Below are positions 10,120-19,663 of a stretch of DNA of 64,000 nt, piece after piece. A program made the position numbers and the translations under genes. Numbering within the stretch: the first letter of the stretch is position 1; each line of letters begins with the position of its first letter. Below the pieces are notes generated by a model. That model saw nothing but the letters and a program-made list of their open reading frames with translations, searched no databases and was not told where the DNA came from. The stretch is taken from the NCBI GenBank assembly GCA_964558645.1, contig CAZLEV010000002.1, positions 32,001 through 96,000 of the forward strand, given 5' to 3'. Source of the stretch: an uncultured archaeon. Its GTDB lineage: Archaea > Asgardarchaeota > Thorarchaeia > Thorarchaeales > Thorarchaeaceae.

Positions 10120-10955
10120 AAAAGGTATCGTACCACATCGTCGAGGATCGCATATGTCTGCAGTCTCTGGATATCACGCTTGACGTACGGCATCAGATGC
10201 TCAAATACCATTTGCCGATAGTTGTTCACACCGGCCTGTTCCTGTACCTCTTCGGCAGTTATCCGTAGGAGCTCCTCCAGAGCAGTCCGCAAGCTTCGGT
10301 AAGGGATGTCACCTCTGGAGACGTCTATCTCTAGTACCTCGATTCCACAGTCATCGATAGGTACGGATTCAAGAAACATATATCTCTCAGTGAGAGGTTC
10401 GATTCTGTTGCGGATGCTGCTGGCGATTTCCCGCTTGAGCTTTTTCTTCATGTCTATCTTCATCATCTGACGAAAGAGATGATTATAGACTTCAAGGCAG
10501 TCCATCGATTTGCCTGCGAGCAGACACTCGTCAGTCTCTTCATACTGAGCGACAAGTTCGTCCAAAAAGAATCCGAATTCCTTGAATGCAGTTGGATCAC
10601 CATGCCACTCCTTCAATACATTACTGATTCCTCGCTCTTGAGGGATGAAGTTGTTCACGAACTCATTCAACGCGTAGTCAAGCATGAATCGCATATGACC
10701 GATTCGTGCGGCCTTTGAGATGACCATGACGAAGAGAAGATGCTCATTCGCCTCCCAGACATATCTGCTGTTCTCGGTGTCTATTGTCTTGAGAGTCTCA
10801 TTAGAAGCCTTGTCGATGAAGGTGTGAGTCGCAGACAAGAAGGGAGCAATAAGATCCATATCAATGTCAATGCCATCATACGCTCGGGCCACGAGATTTC
10901 GGCCAGTTCCTCTCTCAATCAGCCACATTCCTAGAATTGAGCGACGTTCGGCCAT
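10116..10955 (-). CDS. longin-like domain protein (Asgard type)
   Basis: ILGMWLIERGTGRNLV...DLIAPFLSATHTF...LLFVMV...WHGDPTAFKEF; ATG at 10955 preferred over 11003. Confidence 0.6.
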   Translation of the reverse strand: MAERRSILGMWLIERGTGRNLVARAYDGIDIDMDLIAPFLSATHTFIDKASNETLKTIDTENSRYVWEANEHLLFVMVISKAARIGHMRFMLDYALNEFVNNFIPQERGISNVLKEWHGDPTAFKEFGFFLDELVAQYEETDECLLAGKSMDCLEVYNHLFRQMMKIDMKKKLKREIASSIRNRIEPLTERYMFLESVPIDDCGIEVLEIDVSRGDIPYRSLRTALEELLRITAEEVQEQAGVNNYRQMVFEHLMPYVKRDIQRLQTYAILDDVVRYLF

Positions 10956-11054
10956 CTTGAATCGCACTCCTCGTCCGTGCTTCCCCCGTAGCAAAATAAG
11001 CATATTCGCGATGCAGCTGGCCCAAGAGACTCGACTCCAATCTGTTTCTTGAGC

Positions 11055-11122
11055 AAAAAAGAGTCAGAGGGACAGGGAATTCCCTGCCCATCATCAGCAC
11101 GCCAACTCTCGGAGAGGAGTTG
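11055..11122 (-). terminator. hairpin(s) plus U-tract downstream of tfb
   Basis: Palindrome CAGGGAATTCCCTG at 11073-11086 followed by T6 on the minus strand; second stem at 11103-11122. Confidence 0.5.
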
Positions 11123-11140
11123 AAACAGCGGCGAAACCGG

Positions 11141-12178
11141 TCATGTTGTGGTAATATTCAGTTTCTGAACGATTTCCTTGTACCTGTTACGAACAGTAAC
11201 CTCAGTGACTCGAGCAGTCTTGGCAATCTGCAGCTGGGTTCGCCGGGAGCCAGTGAGGATACTTGCCACATAGATTGCAGCAGCCGCCATACCCTTCGGA
11301 TCCTTGCCAATAGTAAGACGTTCCCTCTTCGCATCATGAAGGATGTCTATCGCCTTCTTCTTCGCACAACCTGGCAGATTCAGTTCGGTGCCGAAGCGGT
11401 GAACGAAATCAACCGGACTGCTATGAGGGATCTTGAGATTCAGATATCTGAGTATAAGACGTACGCATAGAGACAACTCTTTGCGTGTGATATGAATCTG
11501 ATCGCATATCTCCTCCAGTGGGCGTGGTACAGTATGTACCCGGCAGGCAAGATAGAGAGATGCAGCAATCATCCCGAGAATGGTCCTCCCGCGAGTGAGC
11601 CGCTTTCTCAGAGCCTTTCGGTAGATGACTGCCGAGGTCTCACGAATCGAGTAAGGAATACTAAGCTGTGAGCTGATTCGGTGGAGTTCTGTCATTGCAA
11701 CTGCAAGATTTCGTTTGTCGGAGGAGTGTACCTTAGTGCGTATCTGCCATTTCCGTAGCCTGTGAATCTGTGCTCGTCTGGTTGAGCTCAGTCTTCGTCC
11801 CGATGCATCAACATTCTGACGACCAATGATAGTAGTAAGACCTTGGTCAAACTTGGTCCAGTCAACAGGCCCACCCACACGTTGGCGGGAATTCTGCTCT
11901 TCCGCAGTGAATGCTCGCCATTCTGGGCCCATATCTATCGAGTGGTCTGAAAGAACGAGTCCGCAATTAGAACAGATAATCTCTCCCCGAGTACTATCGA
12001 TGAACACTTCGGTCGAGCTACAGGCTGAACAGATGTAATTGGCCGCGTTTAGGCTATGCTCCTTGGTTTTCCGGGTCTTCAATTGTTTGCTGGCCAGTCC
12101 AATCATCTCCATACAGATCCTGATGTCAGAACCTGCCGTGAGAGCTGTCAAGGGAAACCTATGCTGCGTGTCCTTCAA
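11141..12178 (-). CDS. tfb: transcription initiation factor IIB (start uncertain)
   Basis: CSAC...CSNCG Zn ribbon, GPEWRAF B-reader, RLRKWQ, two cyclin repeats, TEVTVRNRYKE. Confidence 0.95.
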   Translation of the reverse strand: MKDTQHRFPLTALTAGSDIRICMEMIGLASKQLKTRKTKEHSLNAANYICSACSSTEVFIDSTRGEIICSNCGLVLSDHSIDMGPEWRAFTAEEQNSRQRVGGPVDWTKFDQGLTTIIGRQNVDASGRRLSSTRRAQIHRLRKWQIRTKVHSSDKRNLAVAMTELHRISSQLSIPYSIRETSAVIYRKALRKRLTRGRTILGMIAASLYLACRVHTVPRPLEEICDQIHITRKELSLCVRLILRYLNLKIPHSSPVDFVHRFGTELNLPGCAKKKAIDILHDAKRERLTIGKDPKGMAAAAIYVASILTGSRRTQLQIAKTARVTEVTVRNRYKEIVQKLNITTT

Positions 12179-12498
12179 GGCGCATGAAGATCACAACGAT
12201 GACGCGGGGCTTATAGAGAACGGTCCTCGATGAGAACCAACATCATTGCGGTCACAACAAACGCAAATAACTCTTTGCACATTTCTTTCAAAATCAATGC
12301 TATTTATTTCATATTCTTTACAATTATGCAAGTACGCTTTTCCATGCGTTTCAATAACGTTATACGACAATCAGCGTCCGTTTGCTTTTGTTTTCGAACA
12401 AAAAGCTCCACGCATATGATAGATGAGAGCCCCTGTACTCTCAGAGCGCTTGATTTATCATGTGAATATGTCTGGTTGAGAGCGAGGCACCCAGCGGA

Positions 12499-14409
12499 AT
12501 GAATGACAATAACTCGACTCGAAATCCGTGGAAGAGGATACAAGACAGGATAAGTGAGGTCCTGGCAGACGTGAGTTCCGTTGGTCGAGAGAGAATTGTT
12601 GAGTACATTGAAACGCCACCGGATGCGACACTCGGCGATTTGGCATGCACTGTTGCTTTTGAACTCGCAAAGACGAAACGGCAGAATCCAGCTGTAATCG
12701 CAGCAGAGATTGCAGAGTCTCTGAAGAAGATTGGCACACAGGAGAAACTCATCGACAGAGTAGAGGCCAAGGGACCATACATCAACATATTCCTCGATCG
12801 GGCAGAGATTGCAGCGTATGTGCTCCCCATGGTAGCGGACTTGGGAGCAGAATATGGCCGGACGGATACCTATGCCGGAGAGAGGGCCCTCATAGAATCC
12901 CCTGCAGTCAACCCGTCGAAACCATGGCACATTGGACATTCACGTAACGCAATCATTGGACATACTCTGAGAAACATCTTGGCTTCGGTGGGATATGATG
13001 CAGTTCTGATTGACTACATCAACGACTTGGGTCTCCAGATTGCCCAGTTGACATGGAAACTCATGCAGATGGATGATGACGATACCGATGAGAAGTATGA
13101 CCACTACCTAGGAAGGCTCTATGTAGATGTGCAGAAGGAGTTTGAGAATGACCAGACGGTTGAGGCCGAGATCCGAGAAGTGACCAGGCGTCTTGAGCAA
13201 CTGGAGTCGGCGGAGTCAGAGACCAGCAGCAAGATGGTGACCAAATGCCTGAAGGCACAGAACCAGACTGCCTACAGGTTAGGCATCTATCACGACTATC
13301 AGGTGTGGGAGAGCTCCATTGCCCACAGCGGCTTGCTCACCAGAGCACGCGACATGATGCTCGACTGTGAGAATGTAGAAAAGGTGGCAGAGGGTGAGAA
13401 GAAAGGATGTATCGTTGCAAGACTTGACACCATTGAAGAATTCAAGGATATGAAGGACCCATCAAAGGTGTTGTTCAGGTCTGATGGAACTAGGACATAC
13501 ACAGGAGCTGATGTTGCCTTTCAAATGTGGAAATTCGGCATTGTAGATGATCCGTTTCGATACCGACCCTTTGAGGAACAGCCCGACGGGACCACCGTCT
13601 ATCGAACAGCCCTTGACGGGGAGAAGCGAGACCTGGGCAAATTCGATGTGGTCTTCAATGTCATCGGTTCGGGACAGGCGCACCCACAGAGACTCATCTA
13701 TGCATTGCTGGACATAATGGGATATCACGAACAGAGCAGAAACTCCCACCACATAGCCTACGAGTTCGTGGGGCTGGAGGAGGGAGACTTCTCTGGAAGG
13801 AAGGGCACATGGTTGGGATACACAACTGATGATGTTCTCGATCAGGCGCAAGAACTTGCAAGAGAGGAAGTGGCAAAGCGGAATCCTGATGCCGAGGAGG
13901 ACTTCCTGAGTCAGGTAGCCTCCCAGGTAGCCACTGGAGCCCTTCGATATTTCATGCTCAGCGCCTCACCAGACAGGAAGATAACCTTCCGCTGGGAAGA
14001 GGCCTTGGACTTCAATGGCGATGCAGCTCCGTACCTGCAATACTCGCATGCAAGAGCAAAGAGGATTCTAGAGAAGACTGAGGACGCAGACCTCGATGCG
14101 GACCTATCGTTATTGGACTCAGAGCACGAGTTTGCTCTTATCAAAGCCATCGCACGTTTTCCTGAGGAGATACTGGAGGTCGTGAGAGGCCTTGCAAAGA
14201 ATGCGTGGGGAACGAGCTTCAACTCGAATCGTCTTACCGCATACTGCTACGAACTTGCGACTTTGTTCAGCAAGTTCTATGATAATTGTCCGGTGTTGAA
14301 AGCGGATAATAATCTGAGACATGCGAGGATTGCTTTGGTGCAGGCATTCAGAATCACTATATCAAACTGCTTGGGACTTCTAGGCATCCCTGTTGTCGAT
14401 AGAATGTGA
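12499..14409 (+). CDS. argS: arginyl-tRNA synthetase
   Basis: NPSKPWHIGH(SRN), RSDGTRTY, FSGRKG, APYLQYSHAR, C-terminal DRM. Confidence 0.95.
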   Translation: MNDNNSTRNPWKRIQDRISEVLADVSSVGRERIVEYIETPPDATLGDLACTVAFELAKTKRQNPAVIAAEIAESLKKIGTQEKLIDRVEAKGPYINIFLDRAEIAAYVLPMVADLGAEYGRTDTYAGERALIESPAVNPSKPWHIGHSRNAIIGHTLRNILASVGYDAVLIDYINDLGLQIAQLTWKLMQMDDDDTDEKYDHYLGRLYVDVQKEFENDQTVEAEIREVTRRLEQLESAESETSSKMVTKCLKAQNQTAYRLGIYHDYQVWESSIAHSGLLTRARDMMLDCENVEKVAEGEKKGCIVARLDTIEEFKDMKDPSKVLFRSDGTRTYTGADVAFQMWKFGIVDDPFRYRPFEEQPDGTTVYRTALDGEKRDLGKFDVVFNVIGSGQAHPQRLIYALLDIMGYHEQSRNSHHIAYEFVGLEEGDFSGRKGTWLGYTTDDVLDQAQELAREEVAKRNPDAEEDFLSQVASQVATGALRYFMLSASPDRKITFRWEEALDFNGDAAPYLQYSHARAKRILEKTEDADLDADLSLLDSEHEFALIKAIARFPEEILEVVRGLAKNAWGTSFNSNRLTAYCYELATLFSKFYDNCPVLKADNNLRHARIALVQAFRITISNCLGLLGIPVVDRM

Positions 14410-14410
14410 A

Positions 14411-15760
14411 CTAACCAGAGGTGACTTTTCCCGACTCTACGAGAATAGAGGGAGTTATTGCACCGACAGTCACTCTTGTGTCTTCTCCGACAACGCTGAC
14501 TCTCTTGAGAAGGTCGAGCATGTTGATTCCAAACAGAGTGTTCTTGAGTGCATGTTTAACCTCGCCGTTCTCTATGTAGAAACCCTCCATGACCATCGCA
14601 CTGAGATCTCCGGTTGCCATATTTGGTCGGTCCCCTGTCCGCCGGCATAGGATTCCTCGATCAATCTCTGCAATGAGTTCCTCTTGGGTTCCGCGCCCCG
14701 CCTCGATAATGAGATTTGATGTCGAGATTGACGGCAAGCCTGAATATGACGAACGACTGGCATTTCCGGTGTTCTCAACATTGTCCTTGTGGGCAGTGTA
14801 GGAATTGTGAAGCAGGCTCTTGAGAACCCCTGATTCAAGAACAGAAGTGTGAGTTGATGGAAATCCTTCTGCATCGAATGGTCGGGACCCTATGCCACCG
14901 GATAGGAGAGAGTTGTCTGCAACGGACAAAGAACCAGAGGCTATCTGCTCTCCCAAGGCATCGCTGATATAAGAGCGCCCGTACTGTACCTCTTCAGCGT
15001 TGACAGCACCGGAGAAGCCGCCACCGATGATGGTGCTCACTGCCAAGGGATCGAGTACGATTTGCATGTCTCCACCGTCGATTGTATGAGCTCCCAGATT
15101 CCTTATTGCGCTTTGTGCAGATGCGATTCCCACATCTTGGGGGTTCAGGTCTCCGACCGCTCTTGATATTTGATACTCGTAGCTTGATGTCTGCTCGCCT
15201 GAATGCTTGATTGTCGGTGAGATATAGAGATAGGCGAAAGAGGTCTTCGCTGAACCAGACACTCCAAGTGAGTTCACGATAGCCCGCTCACTGACAGACA
15301 GATTCAGCTGTGCCTCCACAGCGACTTTCTTTCCAGAGAGAACATCGCGAGCCGAATCAACTGATGTAAGAATAATCTTTGCTGATTCCTCCGATGTTAT
15401 CGATTCCGTTTCTGAATCGAAGAGGCCTCTGACATTGGGATATTCTTGGCCAGCAGATGGCAGACTGACAAAATCCGGATCAGGTACGGATGCACGAGCC
15501 AATGCAACGGACCGTTCAACGGCCTCCTCTATGTCCTTCTCTCTAAGCGTTGTGACATATGCAAACCCAATCGCATTATCAATGACAGATCTGACCCCAC
15601 AGCCCCCGTCAGATTCTCTTGATGCGGCCTTGACAGCGTTGTTCTCCACGTGGATGTTAAATGATTTCGATAAGGCTGCATACGCCTCGACTTGGTCTGC
15701 GCCAATCTTCTCTGCACGCTTCACCGCATAATTGCCGATAGCGAGGAGCTTCTCTCTCAA
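14411..15760 (-). CDS. pmbA: PmbA/TldE family protein
   Basis: RPFDAEG, TGNASR, TGDLS; lacks HExxxH; TTG start at 15760 just after the tldD stop. Confidence 0.85.
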   Translation of the reverse strand: MREKLLAIGNYAVKRAEKIGADQVEAYAALSKSFNIHVENNAVKAASRESDGGCGVRSVIDNAIGFAYVTTLREKDIEEAVERSVALARASVPDPDFVSLPSAGQEYPNVRGLFDSETESITSEESAKIILTSVDSARDVLSGKKVAVEAQLNLSVSERAIVNSLGVSGSAKTSFAYLYISPTIKHSGEQTSSYEYQISRAVGDLNPQDVGIASAQSAIRNLGAHTIDGGDMQIVLDPLAVSTIIGGGFSGAVNAEEVQYGRSYISDALGEQIASGSLSVADNSLLSGGIGSRPFDAEGFPSTHTSVLESGVLKSLLHNSYTAHKDNVENTGNASRSSYSGLPSISTSNLIIEAGRGTQEELIAEIDRGILCRRTGDRPNMATGDLSAMVMEGFYIENGEVKHALKNTLFGINMLDLLKRVSVVGEDTRVTVGAITPSILVESGKVTSG

Positions 15761-15761
15761 A

Positions 15762-17147
15762 TCACAACCCTCCGACAGGCATTCCCCGTATGCGTGCGTG
15801 AGGACCACCGCTCATATCAGGTACTAATTGACCCGATTTGCCACAGGTTCCAGCATCCATCTTGAAGTCATTCCCTACAGCATCAACCTTCGAAAGGACA
15901 TCTAGGATTTGACCCGCCAAGGATATGTCACGCACCATCTGTCCGATCTCCCCATCTTCTATAAGATAACCATGACTGGCCTGAAACATGAACTGGCCTT
16001 TTGAGGGGTCTGTATACCCGTAGTTGAAACTGCAGAGAAGAATGCCTTCTCCTGTGTCAGCGATCAGTTCGTCAACGTCCCAGTCACCTGGTTCCATGAA
16101 TGTGTTACTCATGCGTGGGAGGGGCTCATGCATGAATGACTGAGACCTCGCAGCTCCGTTTGGTTCCATCTCCAAGCGAGAGGCGGTTTCAAGGCTGTGC
16201 AGAAGCTCATTCAGAACTCCATCCTTGACCAGCAAACGTCTTCTGCTCCTCGTTCCTTCCCAATCATATTCAAATGAGCCCCGCTCTCCACTCATGGTGG
16301 GGTCATCAGTCAGATTCAGGTGTTCTGGCCCAACGGTCTTGTCCACCTTGTCCTCGAGGACTGTGGTATGTGCGGGCCAATTGTCAGCCTCGGTTGCATG
16401 CCCAAAGGCTTCGTGCACCATAACACCATTCAAGACAGGATCCATAACGACATCGTAGGTACCGCCCTTTGCTGCAACAGATGAAAGAAGGTCAATCACC
16501 TGCCTTGAGGCGCGTATTCCAACGGTTTGAGCAGCATCGCTTTCCATTGCCTCATACCCACCACGAACTCCGACTGATTTGTGAGCCCGCTGCCGGTTGC
16601 TTCCCTCCTTTGCTGTAGGTGCAGATATTATCCGAGGAAGAGAGTTCTCGAAATGTACACTGGTTCCCAAGGAGTTGGCCACAAAGATGCTCGAAGACAA
16701 ATCACCATAGATTGTTCGCGAGTTCACAATCCGATCGTCAAAGTCCAGGGCTTGTTTGTCAATCCTCTTCACAAAATCCATCTTATCCTCTATTCGAATG
16801 TCTTCAAACGGCTTACGGACGTTAAGTGTGGCTCTGTCCGTAAAGGTCGGTCCATCAATGGTGAAGCAGTCTGCAACATGGTCCTTGGTTGCCATTGCCA
16901 GTCGCGCCACCGACTCACCTGTTTCTTTCATGCCCCTCGTAGTCAGAGTCGTGGTCTGAGCAAACGCCCATGCACCGTCGGCAAAGGCTCTTATTCCTGC
17001 CCCCTTCAGTCGTGATGCGATGGCCTTTCTTGTTATGCCATCAGAGATCTCAATGACTGTGGTCACAGTATTCTCAATACGGACATCGGCAAACGACGCC
17101 CCGTTGCTGAGGGCACCCTCAATAGCAGCTTGCGCAAGGTCTTCCAT
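15762..17147 (-). CDS. tldD: TldD family metalloprotease
   Basis: HEAFGHATEAD, YDWEG, PRMSNT, CGKSGQ. Confidence 0.9.
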   Translation of the reverse strand: MEDLAQAAIEGALSNGASFADVRIENTVTTVIEISDGITRKAIASRLKGAGIRAFADGAWAFAQTTTLTTRGMKETGESVARLAMATKDHVADCFTIDGPTFTDRATLNVRKPFEDIRIEDKMDFVKRIDKQALDFDDRIVNSRTIYGDLSSSIFVANSLGTSVHFENSLPRIISAPTAKEGSNRQRAHKSVGVRGGYEAMESDAAQTVGIRASRQVIDLLSSVAAKGGTYDVVMDPVLNGVMVHEAFGHATEADNWPAHTTVLEDKVDKTVGPEHLNLTDDPTMSGERGSFEYDWEGTRSRRRLLVKDGVLNELLHSLETASRLEMEPNGAARSQSFMHEPLPRMSNTFMEPGDWDVDELIADTGEGILLCSFNYGYTDPSKGQFMFQASHGYLIEDGEIGQMVRDISLAGQILDVLSKVDAVGNDFKMDAGTCGKSGQLVPDMSGGPHARIRGMPVGGL

Positions 17148-17324
17148 GGATGCATCCGTCAGAGCTCAGCCAACTGTTATTGATATAACTCCTTTGAAGG
17201 CGCAACGAAGCGCGGATGAGCAATAACTGCGCGGATTCAGCATCCACATGAGTATTGTCATGATAATACTCAGGTTATTGTGAGCTATAGTGGACACTAG
17301 TACAAGACCAGCGGAGGCAGTCAG

Positions 17325-18887
17325 TTGAAGGTAGGCAGCTCCCACAGAAGATGCAGAGTTTGTGAGAGGAACACAGCGACTCACATGTGCGAAGACTGCG
17401 GCGAGAACTTCTGTCTGGATTGTCTTGAGAGTAAGACCACAGAGTACTATGTCTGCTCGGAGTGCCATCACACTCTAGGAACTCCAGAAGCCGGGGAGCC
17501 CTTCGAGAAGTGTCCCGAATGCGAGTGTGAAGAACTGAGCACTGGAAAAAGGATAGAGGAAATCTGTCCCCGATGTCACTCCTCTAGGATAGTCTCTATA
17601 GATGACAAGAGAAGGAACCTTGGAAAGAAGCTACGAGAGTCCATCATGACACTCCAGTACGGTCATCTCAAGCTGAGGGAGTTCAACAGCAAGCTCACTG
17701 CTTCGAAGAGACTACTGGTTTCCTTGAGGATGGCCAATTTCCTGCATTATCACTGGATTGAAGACAACATCGAGGGAATCCAAGATGAAGCATTGGCCGT
17801 GAAGAAGAGAGTTGTCAACCAAGCAGATATGGTCGGGCGTCAGATGGCTGCCGAGACCAAGGGAATAATCGACCCCAGCACCTGGACTCCCGATCAGTTT
17901 CCATTTATCGAGGGTGTTGCAAACCGAATTGGAGAACTGGGAGAGCATTTCAAGTCTGGTGTTGATGATGCGTTGGATGACTGCGTTGTTCGACTAAACG
18001 AAACGACAACCCAGCTTGAGGGACTTGACTACTATCGGAAGGAATTTGCGGGGTTCTACGAACATGCCGAACTGTCTGTCAATGAGCTTCCTGTCTGCGC
18101 ATTGCCCGAGATTCGAGTTACAGGTAGCGATTTCCTAAAGCATGACAAGGCAACGGGAACACTCTATATAACAAACAAGAGAATTGTGTTCATAGCCGAG
18201 GTGGGAACATTTCGAAAGAAGATGGAAGTCCTCTTCGATTTTCCCCTTGTCTATCTCAACTCCATGGAGGAGGACGGGAGAATCAGAAAGCGTCTGGTTC
18301 TCAAGATGAAACAGGGAGACCTAAAGATATCCTGTGACGAACAGACCGAAGAGGTCCTTCCAGACTATCTCGAGATAGCAAAGAAGTTCGACAGATACAT
18401 GCAGACAGATATGCAGCGGGTAAGGCGCATTGAACAGTCGAGTTTCAACATCAGTGATGTGCGTCTCAAGATAGAGGAACTTGTGTATTCACTCTTGTCT
18501 TCAAGCACTCGGAAACGTGCAGAAGATCTCACTATGAACGAGAGATGCCAAGACAGGTATCACTATCAGAAGCGTCCTGCAGCAGGCTATGGAACCATGA
18601 ATGGGTATGGGTCTCAGCATTTCACCGACCACCTTGAAGACGTTCTCTCTCGTGCATCTCTTGGACATGGAGAGCGACGCGGAGATATTGATCCGCAGGT
18701 ACAACGGCTCAAAAGAGATGCCAGAGACTTGCAGCAAGCAGTTTCACGAACCGTAGACCTATTCAGGAATCGAAGGCTTGTCTCTGAAGATTTTGTGAGA
18801 AGATACAGGAGCCTAATGCTCGACTCCTACAGAACGCGGAAAGAAATAGATGAGGTCATGAAACAGAGATCTGATTCTCTCTGGTGA
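17325..18887 (+). CDS. ESCRT-associated protein: B-box/Zn fingers, coiled coil, PH(GRAM/GLUE)-like domain, Vps23/37 steadiness-box-like C-terminus
   Basis: CRVC..CEDC..CLDC, CSEC/CPEC/CPRC; GTLYITNKRIVF; LFRNRRLVSEDFVRRYRSL; adjacent to Snf7/Vps4. Confidence 0.65.
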   Translation: MKVGSSHRRCRVCERNTATHMCEDCGENFCLDCLESKTTEYYVCSECHHTLGTPEAGEPFEKCPECECEELSTGKRIEEICPRCHSSRIVSIDDKRRNLGKKLRESIMTLQYGHLKLREFNSKLTASKRLLVSLRMANFLHYHWIEDNIEGIQDEALAVKKRVVNQADMVGRQMAAETKGIIDPSTWTPDQFPFIEGVANRIGELGEHFKSGVDDALDDCVVRLNETTTQLEGLDYYRKEFAGFYEHAELSVNELPVCALPEIRVTGSDFLKHDKATGTLYITNKRIVFIAEVGTFRKKMEVLFDFPLVYLNSMEEDGRIRKRLVLKMKQGDLKISCDEQTEEVLPDYLEIAKKFDRYMQTDMQRVRRIEQSSFNISDVRLKIEELVYSLLSSSTRKRAEDLTMNERCQDRYHYQKRPAAGYGTMNGYGSQHFTDHLEDVLSRASLGHGERRGDIDPQVQRLKRDARDLQQAVSRTVDLFRNRRLVSEDFVRRYRSLMLDSYRTRKEIDEVMKQRSDSLW

Positions 18888-18888
18888 G

Positions 18889-19503
18889 CTAGACACCTAG
18901 CTCTTGCTCCAGTGATTTGATCTCAGCCTCTAATTCTTCGGATTCTGTCATAGGGGCTTTCTTCGCCTGAGATGTAGCTGCGCCAGCTTCTGCATCTATC
19001 TCAGCCATGGCCGCCGCGAGCTCTTCTGAAGTGACTTCACCAATCTCAGTCGTGTCGAGGGCTTCTGTCGATATACTGGACTCTATCTCAAACTGCTCCA
19101 ACCGACGACCAATCTCATCCACATTTTCCACGACCTTCAGTGTGTCCGTGGTATCACCTAGAAGCCCCAGAATGTCAGCGACTTTCTCTAGTGCAACATT
19201 AGCCTTGGCCGTGGTCTGCGCTCGAGTGATATAGGCCAATATCTTTAGGATTTGAAGACGGGACTTGTCTACAGAGAGAGCAAACCGTCGGAACCGGACC
19301 ATCTCAGTAGCGTAGGTCTTGTACGCATCTGCCCTGCCCTCCTTCCTGGCACGCACAGCTCGAGCCCTGGTATCACGAGCTTCTTTCTCGAGTTTGTTGC
19401 GTTCTCGCGCCAGCTGTTTTGACAAAACTCGAAGCTGGCTTGAAACTTCACCGACATCTGGGCGTTTTTTGCCCCATCTGAAAGCCTTTCGAATTGGACC
19501 CAA
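18889..19503 (-). CDS. ESCRT-III (Snf7-family, probably Vps2/24/46-like) protein
   Basis: 204 aa; basic N-terminal helical hairpin, acidic C-half, MIM1-like EELEAEIKSL; divergent from Vps4. Confidence 0.85.
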   Translation of the reverse strand: MGPIRKAFRWGKKRPDVGEVSSQLRVLSKQLARERNKLEKEARDTRARAVRARKEGRADAYKTYATEMVRFRRFALSVDKSRLQILKILAYITRAQTTAKANVALEKVADILGLLGDTTDTLKVVENVDEIGRRLEQFEIESSISTEALDTTEIGEVTSEELAAAMAEIDAEAGAATSQAKKAPMTESEELEAEIKSLEQELGV

Positions 19504-19663
19504 GAGTTACTCCCTCGTCAATCTTATTGCCGTACATAGATGCAAGGAATGAAGACCGTTTAAACCTTCGTAGAACGAGTGACCAGTTCGATATATGAGG
19601 CAGACGGTAACTGGGAAATACTGAAGTTCTTAACGGAAGACATCTAATCGCGAGTGAGGTTCA

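Noticed and set aside
11060-11110. Eukaryote-like SECIS element
   Set aside because: The upstream tfb has no in-frame TGA and its Zn ribbon uses Cys codons; the core lacks the AUGA consensus
12230-12498. Replication origin
   Set aside because: No orc1/cdc6 neighbour and no recognisable ORB repeats
14411-17147. TldD/E as part of a RiPP cluster
   Set aside because: No precursor peptide or YcaO gene nearby; the pair is common in archaea
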